Shown here one piece after another: positions 1 through 8,597 of a DNA stretch of 32,000 nucleotides (its first letter is position 1; each line of letters starts with the position of its first letter). The translations under genes and the position numbers were made by a program. The DNA comes from Promethearchaeota archaeon (GTDB taxonomy: Archaea > Asgardarchaeota > Lokiarchaeia > Sigyniarchaeales > SOKP01). Under the pieces are notes generated by a model. That model was not told the DNA's origin. It saw only the letters and a program-made list of their open reading frames with translations, and did no database searches. The stretch spans positions 120,001-152,000 of the forward strand of contig JAUWGH010000007.1 of NCBI GenBank assembly GCA_030606485.1, written 5' to 3'.

Positions 1-419
1 AATCCACTCGGAACATTTTTGAAAAGGGATTTAACCAAACGTGATAATGCATGTTTTATTTCCTCCCCTTTTAGACCTGTGCGGAGGAGTCTGACCCCGC
101 AATTAATGTCATACCCAACGCCACCAGGTGAAACCGCCCCCGTTTCTGCGTCTGTTCCAGCAACACCACCGATACAGAAGCCATAACCTTGATGTGCATC
201 ACTTAGAGCAATAACATGTTTTACTATTCCATCTAAACAGGCGACATTAGTTATTTGATCAAGAGTTTTATCTCTTCTTATACTTTCCATTAAAAAATCA
301 TTTGCATAAACTATCGCTGGCACTTTCATTTGAAATTTCTTTGTCTCTCCATAAATTCTCTGAAATTTTGTTTGCGGAGATATTTCCCATATATTCTCTG
401 AAATTTTTTTTATGTCCAT
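1..419 (-). CDS. rtcB: RtcB tRNA-splicing/RNA ligase, 5' part (runs off window)
   Basis: Not in ORF track. Manual translation from ATG at 419: MDIKKISENIWEIS...LSDAHQGYGFCIGGVAG...SPGGVGYDINCGVRLL, the hallmark RtcB motifs. Confidence 0.96.
   Translation of the reverse strand, partial: MDIKKISENIWEISPQTKFQRIYGETKKFQMKVPAIVYANDFLMESIRRDKTLDQITNVACLDGIVKHVIALSDAHQGYGFCIGGVAGTDAETGAVSPGGVGYDINCGVRLLRTGLKGEEIKHALSRLVKSLFKNVPSG
349..407. repeat. 21-nt imperfect direct repeat inside the rtcB 5' end
   Basis: ccataaattctctgaaatttt (349-369) and ccatatattctctgaaatttt (387-407): 20/21 identical, 38 nt apart. Confidence 0.8.
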
Positions 420-551
420 AATAAGTTTATAAGATTAAAAAACATAAAAAAATTCTTTTTAAAATTTTTTTAAATACAATTATAAATACAATTTTTTACT
501 AATTATTTAAAACTAAATGAAGTTATTTTCTAATTTATAGGTGCATCTAAC

Positions 552-1289
552 ATAATTCATAGTTTCTATTTAATCCATCAACTTACAGGAATTTGCATGA
601 TTTATAGAAAATATGGAGTGATTGAATTAAATCAAGATCTAGTTTCGGGATTTCTAACTGCCCTAAAGGACTTCGCGAGCGAAATAAGCAAAGGTAAAGG
701 CCAACTCAAGATTGTAGATATGCGACTCTTCAATTTAATCCTTGTTTTTAAAGCGGGCGTTTTAGTGGTGGTTGCAGCTGATAAAAACGATTCTAGAGAA
801 ATCGCCCAAGCGAGACTTGGAGACATAGTGGATGTTTTTATGGAAAAATATTCTGAATACATTGGTGAAGATAATTGGACAGGAGATATTCGTATATTTC
901 AAGGATTTGAAACAATTATTGATAGGATTCTCGAATATGGGAAAGCATCGGAAGTACCTATAAGGATACCTATCTTGAAAATCTATAAAAAGGACTTTGA
1001 GAAGTCACAAAAAAAGATAGCCAAAAAAGGGTTGATTCTTGAAGAAATAGATTTTAGATCAAATATTGAAGAAACTCAAAAACCTGAATGGACCTTAAAG
1101 AGATTACCTAAACAAGTTGTAAGTCAAGGAATGCTTTCAGAACAGGAATATGAGATTTCCCATCTTTGTGACGGATTTCATACTTTAGAAAAAATTGCAG
1201 AAGAAGTGGGTATTCCAGAAAGCAATATAGGAATAATTATTGATGAATTAGATGAGCTTGGATTGCTTGAATTTATAACAATTCAGTAA
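552..1289 (+). CDS. Longin-like domain protein with C-terminal winged-helix-like region; probable ATA start at 552 (track start 597)
   Basis: GFLTALKDFASEI...LILVFKAGVLVVVAAD fits a longin/sigma-adaptin-like fold. The C-term TLEKIAEEVGIPESNIGIIIDELDELGLLEF is wHTH-like. In-frame upstream IIHSFYLIHQLTGIC supplies the first longin strand, with SD AGGTG at 539-543. Confidence 0.7.
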   Translation: MIHSFYLIHQLTGICMIYRKYGVIELNQDLVSGFLTALKDFASEISKGKGQLKIVDMRLFNLILVFKAGVLVVVAADKNDSREIAQARLGDIVDVFMEKYSEYIGEDNWTGDIRIFQGFETIIDRILEYGKASEVPIRIPILKIYKKDFEKSQKKIAKKGLILEEIDFRSNIEETQKPEWTLKRLPKQVVSQGMLSEQEYEISHLCDGFHTLEKIAEEVGIPESNIGIIIDELDELGLLEFITIQ

Positions 1290-1397
1290 TTATTAATAGA
1301 TTTTCAAATTTTAAAATAGATCTATTTTTATCCTAAAATTTTTAAACTTCATTCTTCTTAAATTATTTAAAACTTATATTAAGAAGAGATTATAAAA

Positions 1398-1715
1398 ATG
1401 ACATATATGATTTTCATCTCAACCGTGCCTAATCTTGAAGAAGGAAAGAAAATTGCACGTCTTCTAGTAGAACAAAAAATTATTGCATGCTGTAATATCA
1501 TTCCTAATGTGATTTCAATATATGAATGGGAGGAAAAAATTGAGGAAGACAATGAACTTTTATTAATCATTAAAACCAAAAAAGAAAACAGTAAAAAATT
1601 AATTGAGATTATAAATAGCATACATAGCTATGAAGTTTCTGAATGTATAGGTTTTGATATTACAGAAGGATCAAAGAAATATTTAGATTGGATGGATAAA
1701 ATAATAAAGATTTAA
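1398..1715 (+). CDS. cutA: Divalent-cation tolerance protein CutA
   Basis: IARLLVEQKIIACCNI, SIYEWEEKIEEDNE and HSYEVSEC motifs; 105 aa. Confidence 0.95.
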   Translation: MTYMIFISTVPNLEEGKKIARLLVEQKIIACCNIIPNVISIYEWEEKIEEDNELLLIIKTKKENSKKLIEIINSIHSYEVSECIGFDITEGSKKYLDWMDKIIKI

Positions 1716-1723
1716 TATATCTT

Positions 1724-2563
1724 ATGCAAGTTCCTTGGATTTTTCAAATTGATTGGATTTTTTGGGATACGATTATTATTTTCTTATTAATTATTTTCCT
1801 AATCTCAGTTAAAATTTTTAAGAATACACATCGTTGGAGAAATTTTTTATCGAATCCTTTAATTATGGAAAATAAAACCAAGAATTTTGAAATTCAATGT
1901 GGGGAAAAAGAAATTTTTAGAATTTCCTTCACATTGTTCGAATCTAAAATCAACGATATCGCTGAAAATAATAACAACAAGACTTCAAATCTTCTGATCA
2001 TTTTCAAAAAGAGGAGATATAATACATATCCATATGCAGAAGCTCTTGCTTCAATCGATCTTAAGGTTGTTTTTATAGATTTCAAAAAAGTTAGGAAAGT
2101 TGAAGGTAAAAAACTAGTTAAGATAAAAATTAGTGGAGGATTAATTGATAAAATTTCAAAAGCGATTTATATTCATTTTATTGATATAGGAGATGGTCCC
2201 GAGTACCAAAAAATTGTCTTTCTCTTTCCTAATCTTACTATTCAATTTTTAAAAATCTCTACACTAACAAATTTTTTTGACAAATTTTTTCTAATATTAA
2301 GTAATTTTTCAGAAAATTATGAGATTTTAAAGAACTTTTTAAATCAAGACATAATTGACATAAAGAAACTTTATTTTATTATCCCATTAAAGAGATTATT
2401 AAAACTTGATGAAGATCAATTGAATAAAATCAATAGATTAAAAGATAATTATAAAATACATGAAAAAAATATATTAATTCTTGAAAAATCTTTTAAATCG
2501 TTAAAGAATTTTGAAACAATTATTATTGGCTTTATTTTAAATAATATTTTTAATAAAAAATAA
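1724..2563 (+). CDS. Membrane-anchored hypothetical protein, possibly a degenerate alpha/beta-hydrolase fold
   Basis: N-terminal hydrophobic helix (WDTIIIFLLIIFLISV). YAEALASIDLKVVFIDF resembles the hydrolase LA.G..V...D segment, but there is no GxSxG. Confidence 0.55.
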   Translation: MQVPWIFQIDWIFWDTIIIFLLIIFLISVKIFKNTHRWRNFLSNPLIMENKTKNFEIQCGEKEIFRISFTLFESKINDIAENNNNKTSNLLIIFKKRRYNTYPYAEALASIDLKVVFIDFKKVRKVEGKKLVKIKISGGLIDKISKAIYIHFIDIGDGPEYQKIVFLFPNLTIQFLKISTLTNFFDKFFLILSNFSENYEILKNFLNQDIIDIKKLYFIIPLKRLLKLDEDQLNKINRLKDNYKIHEKNILILEKSFKSLKNFETIIIGFILNNIFNKK

Positions 2564-2587
2564 TAAATATTAACTGAAAAGCGTTCA

Positions 2588-3295
2588 ATGACAAGAGATA
2601 AAATTTCCATAGAATATTCAAATAAGGTTATTTATGATAAAAACCACTGGGGTATATTAGCTCATAAACGAGATAGAGCAAAAAAGATTTTACATATGTT
2701 TTATAAAGAAGGTTTAAACCCTTTAGTGTTTGGGAGTTTAGCACGAGGAGATGTGAAAAAGAGTAGTGATATTGATATAATTTTTCCCGATAAAATTCCT
2801 ACATACAAATTAGAGGTTATTATTGATAAGAATGGAGAATATCTTTTTGCAAAGGATATAATTCAGGCAACTCCGGGAGATACAATTAAGGCAAATATTT
2901 ACTTATCCGAGCAAGAATGTTTAACAGTTCCTTTAACGAAGTTTATGAAAAAGTCTTTTCAATTCTATCAATTTGGCGGTTGTCTTGATTTAGATAAGCT
3001 TTCAAAAAATGAAAGGGTTCCAGGCACAGATAAAAATTTAATATTAAAGATACCAACTAAATACGGTCATAATGAGCTTGAACTTAAAAATAATGAATTA
3101 TATGCTTCGAAATTGTTGAATATTGATCTAGAATTTATACTTCAAAGAATACGCGTTTTAACTAGAAGGGATAAAGTTGGCAGAACTGGAGTTTTCCTGC
3201 ATAAAAATCTAAATTTAGAGGATAATTTTGAAAAAGTGTTAAAGGATATTAGTGATCGAAATTCTTTTGTGAGAAGGATACTTATGAAGGGCTGA
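2588..3295 (+). CDS. Nucleotidyltransferase (pol beta superfamily, archaeal COG2413-like)
   Basis: FGSLARGDVKKSSDIDI motif; C-term RDKVGRTGVF is typical of this archaeal family. Confidence 0.88.
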   Translation: MTRDKISIEYSNKVIYDKNHWGILAHKRDRAKKILHMFYKEGLNPLVFGSLARGDVKKSSDIDIIFPDKIPTYKLEVIIDKNGEYLFAKDIIQATPGDTIKANIYLSEQECLTVPLTKFMKKSFQFYQFGGCLDLDKLSKNERVPGTDKNLILKIPTKYGHNELELKNNELYASKLLNIDLEFILQRIRVLTRRDKVGRTGVFLHKNLNLEDNFEKVLKDISDRNSFVRRILMKG

Positions 3296-3307
3296 GGTTA
3301 AATAAGA

Positions 3308-4438
3308 TTGACACGAGCAGAATTATTAAAAACTAAAGGTGAATCTTATTCTATTCGTGGGATTCCTAAAGGATGTAAATATTGTATAAAGGGACAAAAA
3401 GTCGTTCTATTCCTTAATGGAATTTGTCAGAAACCTGATCATTGTTCTTGGTATTGTCCTATCTCAAAAGAAAGGAAAAATAAAGAAATAACATACGCTG
3501 ATGAAATTCAGGTTAAAGATTATAAAGAAATATTAAAAGAAATTAGTCTTGTAAAAGCCAAGGGTGTTTCAATAACTGGTGGAGAACCTCTTGCCCCTAA
3601 TAATACAAATAAGACCTTGGATTACATAATTTTTTTAAAAAAAGAAATGGGATCTGATTTTCATATACATCTATATACGAATGGAGTTAATTTTAATGAA
3701 CAATTAGCGCAAAAATTATCCTTGGCAGGATTAGATGAGATAAGATTTCATCCTTCTAAGGAGAATTGGATTAAAATTAAATATGCGTTAAATAAAAGTA
3801 TGTCTGTGGGTGCAGAAGTTCCGGTAATTCCTGATAAAAAGAATTTGAAAACTCTAAAAGAATTTATCTTTTATTTAGATAAAATTAATTGTGATTTTAT
3901 CAATTTAGATGAATTTGAAATGTGTTTTCCAAATAGTGAATCTCTTAAATCTAAAGGATTTTTATTGAAAGAAGGAACAATTGCATCTGTTAAAAACAGC
4001 GAAGAATCAGCTCTCAAACTAATTAAAAGTGTAGCAAAAAAAACAAAGTTAAATCTTCACTATTGTCCCATTATTTTAAAGGATCATTATCAATTAAAAA
4101 ATCGATATAAACGAAGAGCAAGAAGTATTAAGGCGCCCTATGAAGTAGTTAATAATGCAGGTCTTCTTATTTATGCACAAATTGAAGGTACAGCCGTATC
4201 TCTGAGGAAGTTTCGCGATAATGTCATATCAAAATTAAACTTACCTAAGGGTTTCTATTCTTTTAAAGAATTTAAAATTAATTTACCATGGTATATTCCA
4301 GTTTACCAAAAATTTGTTGAAGAATTAAAAAAATACGAATTAGAGTGCTATATTATTGAAGGAATACCATTTCGCGATAAATATTTTCAAATAACTGAGA
4401 AAACACCAATAAACTTAATTAATATTATTAAAGAATGA
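3308..4438 (+). CDS. Radical SAM protein (archaeal COG2108-like)
   Basis: GCKYCIKGQKVVLF, Cys cluster CQKPDHCSWYC, ITGGEP, HIHLYTNG, LDEIRFHP. TTG start after SD GAGGT. Confidence 0.88.
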   Translation: MTRAELLKTKGESYSIRGIPKGCKYCIKGQKVVLFLNGICQKPDHCSWYCPISKERKNKEITYADEIQVKDYKEILKEISLVKAKGVSITGGEPLAPNNTNKTLDYIIFLKKEMGSDFHIHLYTNGVNFNEQLAQKLSLAGLDEIRFHPSKENWIKIKYALNKSMSVGAEVPVIPDKKNLKTLKEFIFYLDKINCDFINLDEFEMCFPNSESLKSKGFLLKEGTIASVKNSEESALKLIKSVAKKTKLNLHYCPIILKDHYQLKNRYKRRARSIKAPYEVVNNAGLLIYAQIEGTAVSLRKFRDNVISKLNLPKGFYSFKEFKINLPWYIPVYQKFVEELKKYELECYIIEGIPFRDKYFQITEKTPINLINIIKE

Positions 4439-4920
4439 TATATTTATTAGTAAAGTTACTCATGAAATTGCCATTATCAATGATTATAAAAGATGTTACA
4501 AATAAAGATATAGAGGAGATCTCTTCTTTAGAAGAAAAAATATTCGGAATAGATGCTTTTTCTACGGATCTTCTAAAAAAAATACTTAAAAATAAATTAT
4601 TGTTCATAAAATTAGTAGATGAAACTGAAAAAATCCTTGGATTTTCTATTTCAATTGAGGGTGTAAAAAATAGGGCAAATATTATAAATCTTTTAATAAG
4701 AGAAGAGTACCAACATCAAGGATTAGGCTCCTTTCTATTAAAAAGGACATTAAAAGAAATAAAAAATAAAAATAAATTTAAATCAATTATTCTAAATGTA
4801 AAAACTGACAATGATATCGCAATTCATTTATATCAAAAGTATGGTTTTAAAGTAATCAAAATAATTGAGAACTATTATGAATCTGGAGCCTCAGCAAATT
4901 TGATGAAACTCAAGTTGTAG
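4435..4920 (+). CDS. rimI: GNAT N-acetyltransferase, RimI/Ard1 family
   Basis: YQHQGLGSFLL acetyl-CoA motif, LNVKTDNDIAIHLYQKYGF, NYY. The start may be a later ATG. Confidence 0.88.
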   Translation: MIYLLVKLLMKLPLSMIIKDVTNKDIEEISSLEEKIFGIDAFSTDLLKKILKNKLLFIKLVDETEKILGFSISIEGVKNRANIINLLIREEYQHQGLGSFLLKRTLKEIKNKNKFKSIILNVKTDNDIAIHLYQKYGFKVIKIIENYYESGASANLMKLKL

Positions 4921-5005
4921 TTGATTTAAAAATACCTAGATAATTATAAATATACCGATTTTGTATTATCATAATATATAAAAAATAGATATAGGGATAA
5001 GGAAA

Positions 5006-5158
5006 ATGCCACAACTTGATGATGAGTTAAAGAAAGCTATTAAAGATGGTAAAACTTTAAGTCCTGTTGACCAAACAGAAGTAGACAGAATAAAAGCCGA
5101 ACGTGAAAAAAGAAAGGAAGAATTGGAAAAAGTAAAAGAGGCTTTAGAAAAGCAATAA
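5006..5158 (+). CDS. Small 50-aa charged helical protein
   Basis: Not in track: MPQLDDELKKAIKDGKTLSPVDQTEVDRIKAEREKRKEELEKVKEALEKQ. Purine-rich GGGATAAGG upstream, T-rich tract downstream. Confidence 0.7.
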   Translation: MPQLDDELKKAIKDGKTLSPVDQTEVDRIKAEREKRKEELEKVKEALEKQ

Positions 5159-5182
5159 TTATTTTTTCCTTACTTTTTTTTT
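5159..5182 (+). terminator. Putative oligo-T archaeal terminator
   Basis: T-tracts (attttttccttactttttttt) directly after the small ORF stop. Confidence 0.4.
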
Positions 5183-5246
5183 AAAATATTCACTATATTT
5201 ATTCCTAGATGAATAAATTAAACCTTTATGAGCTTGAGAAATTCTT

Positions 5247-6314
5247 TTGAAAATTAAGTATTTCGACGATAAGAAAGGAGAATTAAAAGTTCTAATAGAA
5301 TGTTTAAATGATCTTTGGGTCTTATTTAATGTAATTTACAAGGATGATAAAGCTATATCGAGAACTACAAGACGTATTGTCTTTAGGGAAGGTGATTCTG
5401 GAGATCGCAAACCTATGATCTTAACCCTTGAAGTAAAAGATGTAGCATTTCATGAATATTCAAATCGTCTGAGGATTAAAGGAATTATTTTATCTGGACC
5501 TGAAGATTTAATTTCTTTTGGCTCTTATCACACTTTCAATGTTTCTGTTGGCTCCATAATCACTATTATTAAAAAGAAATGGATGAAACAGGATTTAAGT
5601 CGAATAGAAAAAAGTTCAAAGGTTCAAAGTTTTCGAATCCTTGTTATCGCAATTGAATCAGGATTAGCAACGGTTGCAATTATTTCGGATTATAGTCAAA
5701 AAATAATAACCAGCATTAGGCATAATATCCCCGGAAAAAGATATGAAAAAACACAAAGAAATAAAGAAATTGGGGATTTTTTTGGAAAAATTGACACAAT
5801 TATTGCAGATAATTTAGAGCGGATTGATATAAACTTAATTATTATTACTGGTTCTGGAGGCTTTAAAGAAAAATATGCAGATATATTAAAAAAAAGTCGT
5901 CCAAATTTGGCTCAAAAAATTAAAATCATTAATTCTAGTTCCGCAACCTCCAGCGCAATAAAAGAAGTTATAAAATCAAAAAAATTAGAAAAAATTAAAA
6001 AAACTTCACGGATAGTTTATGAAACTAATCTAATGGAAAAATTTATCGAACAATTAGGGAAAGATACTAGATTGGTATCCTATGGTTGGGATCAGATAAA
6101 AAATGCAGCGAAAATGGGGGCGATTGATACACTACTAATTTCTGACAAATTATTAAGAGGCCTTTCATTTGATAAACGATCAGAACTTGAAGATACATTA
6201 AATATAATTGAAAAAAAAAACGGGAAAATAGAAATTTTTAGTAGTGAGCATTCTGCTGGAGAACAATTAATCAGTTTCGGAAGTATTGCTGCTATATTAA
6301 GATATAAGATTTAA
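5247..6314 (+). CDS. pelA: Pelota/Dom34 ribosome rescue factor
   Basis: DLWVLFNVI, RLRIKGII, GSYHTFNV, HNIPGKRY, AAKMGAIDTLLISD, EQLISFGSIAAILRY. Confidence 0.97.
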   Translation: MKIKYFDDKKGELKVLIECLNDLWVLFNVIYKDDKAISRTTRRIVFREGDSGDRKPMILTLEVKDVAFHEYSNRLRIKGIILSGPEDLISFGSYHTFNVSVGSIITIIKKKWMKQDLSRIEKSSKVQSFRILVIAIESGLATVAIISDYSQKIITSIRHNIPGKRYEKTQRNKEIGDFFGKIDTIIADNLERIDINLIIITGSGGFKEKYADILKKSRPNLAQKIKIINSSSATSSAIKEVIKSKKLEKIKKTSRIVYETNLMEKFIEQLGKDTRLVSYGWDQIKNAAKMGAIDTLLISDKLLRGLSFDKRSELEDTLNIIEKKNGKIEIFSSEHSAGEQLISFGSIAAILRYKI

Positions 6315-6342
6315 ATTCAGTTTAGAAATAAAATTATTTATT

Positions 6343-7371
6343 ATGCCTTCTGAGATAATTTATGTAGATAGGAACTCTGAAATTCCCCTATATGGTTTAG
6401 ATTTTATTGGAATAATAGATCGTGGGACAAATATTTTAGAAATCAAACCTCTAACTCAGTGTAATCTAATCTGCAAATATTGTTTTGTAAGTGCTGGAGA
6501 TTATATCACTAATTTTATAGTCGATGTTAATTATTTAATTGAAAATATTGTCCCTCTAATCGAAATCAAGGGAAAACACGATATAGAAATACATATCGCC
6601 CCATACGGAGAAATTTTACTATATAAGGATTTAATTAAGCTAATTAAAAAATTAAAATTAATAGATGGAATATACAAAATTTCTATGCAAACTAATGGAC
6701 TATTACTGAGTAAAGAAAGTATCATTGAGCTTGAAAAAGCTGGATTATCTCAAATTAATATCAGTCTAAATACACTTGATCAAGATAAAGCAGAATATTT
6801 AAGTGATTATAAAGGATATCAACTCCAACACCTTTTGGCCATGATTGATTTTCTTATGGAATCCAAAATTGATCTTGTTATTGCCCCCGTTTGGATTCCT
6901 AAGGTAAATGATCAAGATATCGAAGAATTAATTCGGTTTGTAAAGAATTACCAGGATAAAGTAGATACTCCAAATAAAATTCGAATTGGCATTCAAAAAT
7001 ACTTAATTTATAAAACTGGAAGGAGAATAAAAAAAATTAGACCTAAAAGTTGGGGGTTTTTTTATAAACAGTTGAATACTTTAGAAAAGAAGTATAACAT
7101 GAAATTAAAATTAGGACCTAGAGATTTTGGAATTCATAAACGAAAAAGCTTATCTCTTTCAATTCAGAAGGGAAATTTTGTTAAAAGCCAAATAATTTCT
7201 ATAGGTAGATGGGATTCTGAATGCATTGCAAAAATCGATGATGATTGGGGTATTAAAATTCTACTAAATAAAACCCAAAAAAATATTCCACTAATTGGAA
7301 AGAAAATTAATGTAAAGATCATTAAATCAAAACAAAAAGAAAATTTACTAACGGGAATTATTGAAAATTAG
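6343..7371 (+). CDS. Radical SAM Fe-S oxidoreductase (archaeal COG2100-like) with C-terminal beta/TRAM-like region
   Basis: IIDRGTNILEIKP, CNLICKYC (CxxxCxxC), SMQTNG. Confidence 0.9.
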   Translation: MPSEIIYVDRNSEIPLYGLDFIGIIDRGTNILEIKPLTQCNLICKYCFVSAGDYITNFIVDVNYLIENIVPLIEIKGKHDIEIHIAPYGEILLYKDLIKLIKKLKLIDGIYKISMQTNGLLLSKESIIELEKAGLSQINISLNTLDQDKAEYLSDYKGYQLQHLLAMIDFLMESKIDLVIAPVWIPKVNDQDIEELIRFVKNYQDKVDTPNKIRIGIQKYLIYKTGRRIKKIRPKSWGFFYKQLNTLEKKYNMKLKLGPRDFGIHKRKSLSLSIQKGNFVKSQIISIGRWDSECIAKIDDDWGIKILLNKTQKNIPLIGKKINVKIIKSKQKENLLTGIIEN

Positions 7372-7445
7372 CCTAATATTAGTAAATTTTTAAAAAATAT
7401 TATAAACATATATAAAATAAAATAATAAAAAAAAGGTAAATCAAA

Positions 7446-8066
7446 TTGCCGATATTAACACCAGAGGATGAGATAGATTTAGCAAAATTTGAAGTAGAAC
7501 TCGTAAAGAATTGGAATAAAATGATTGGTTCTCAAAAGAGTGTCACAGCAACGCATATGAAATTATCTGACCTTATAATCAAAGAAAATTCTGCAAGAGA
7601 AGTTTTTTTAAGAACTGCTAGAGATGTGTATAAACAGATGAAAGTACTAGCAAGAGAAAAAATGTCTAATATCGATGAGAACGATGGGAAAATAATTCAA
7701 AAAATAATTCATGATAATGAAACAATATATGAAAATAATAAAAAATTTCTTAACGCCATAAAAGATCTAGGATTACAAAGAGAATATCTACATAAAGAAT
7801 TTCAAGAATTAACTGAAGCATTAAAGGATGTATCTTCAAAAAGAAAAGCAGTTGTTCATAAAGCTTTAAAAATCGAAATATCAAAGAATAAATTAATTGA
7901 AGGAGAGAAACTAGAAATGTTGGACCAAGAATTTAAAAACATACAAAAGGAGTTTGACAGATCTAAAGGACGTTATTTGAAAAAAGTTGAACATATTGAA
8001 TCTACGAGGAATGAAGTTAATTCTTTATGGAATAAATTAAAAGATTCTACTATGGGATTTGACTGA
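7446..8066 (+). CDS. All-helical coiled-coil protein, candidate BAR/IMD-like domain
   Basis: 206 aa of long amphipathic helices with no catalytic motifs; TTG after SD AAGGT. The BAR call is inference from length and helical pattern. Confidence 0.5.
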   Translation: MPILTPEDEIDLAKFEVELVKNWNKMIGSQKSVTATHMKLSDLIIKENSAREVFLRTARDVYKQMKVLAREKMSNIDENDGKIIQKIIHDNETIYENNKKFLNAIKDLGLQREYLHKEFQELTEALKDVSSKRKAVVHKALKIEISKNKLIEGEKLEMLDQEFKNIQKEFDRSKGRYLKKVEHIESTRNEVNSLWNKLKDSTMGFD

Positions 8067-8180
8067 ATTTAAAAAAATTTGAAATATTGGTTTAGAATCA
8101 TTGAAAAATAAAAAGGTAAATAATTAAAAATAAATATTTAATCGATTATAATTACATAGAAAAAATTTTTTTCCTAGGGG

Positions 8181-8597
8181 ATGATAAAAATAGCCGAAGA
8201 ATTTAATTCAATGTTAGCTGCAACCCGGAAAGCACCACTAGATGAAAAACTCAAAGGACTTGCAGATATCATTGAAAGTATAATGCAAATTGTGTTAAAA
8301 ATTCCTAATTTGGTAGATCAAAGCTTAACTATTATAAATTCAAGAATTTCTTCAATTGAAGGAAGGCTCACTTCACTGGAAACAAGAACTGCTCAAGGAG
8401 CTACGGCTGTATCAGCAGGAGCTGGAAGTCTGCCTCGCTCCCCAGGAGCTCCACCACCTCCGCCAGGAGCGCCTCCACCACCTCCGGGACGTCCACCCGC
8501 TGGTCCTGAACCAGCGAGTGCAGCTAATCCAGTTTCTTTAAGAGGGGCCATCATGGGCGAATTGAAGGAATTATTCTCAAAAAGAAAAAAGATATAA
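8181..8597 (+). CDS. Coiled-coil + polyproline + C-terminal amphipathic helix protein (WASH/WASP-like architecture)
   Basis: N-term heptads, PGAPPPPPGAPPPPPGRPP, C-term SLRGAIMGELKELFSKRKKI. The CDS is certain; function is inferred. Confidence 0.7.
   Translation: MIKIAEEFNSMLAATRKAPLDEKLKGLADIIESIMQIVLKIPNLVDQSLTIINSRISSIEGRLTSLETRTAQGATAVSAGAGSLPRSPGAPPPPPGAPPPPPGRPPAGPEPASAANPVSLRGAIMGELKELFSKRKKI

Noticed and set aside
1936-1944. GTTCGAATC, a tRNA T-loop-like motif
   Set aside because: Inside a CDS, with no flanking T-stem, acceptor stem or cloverleaf.
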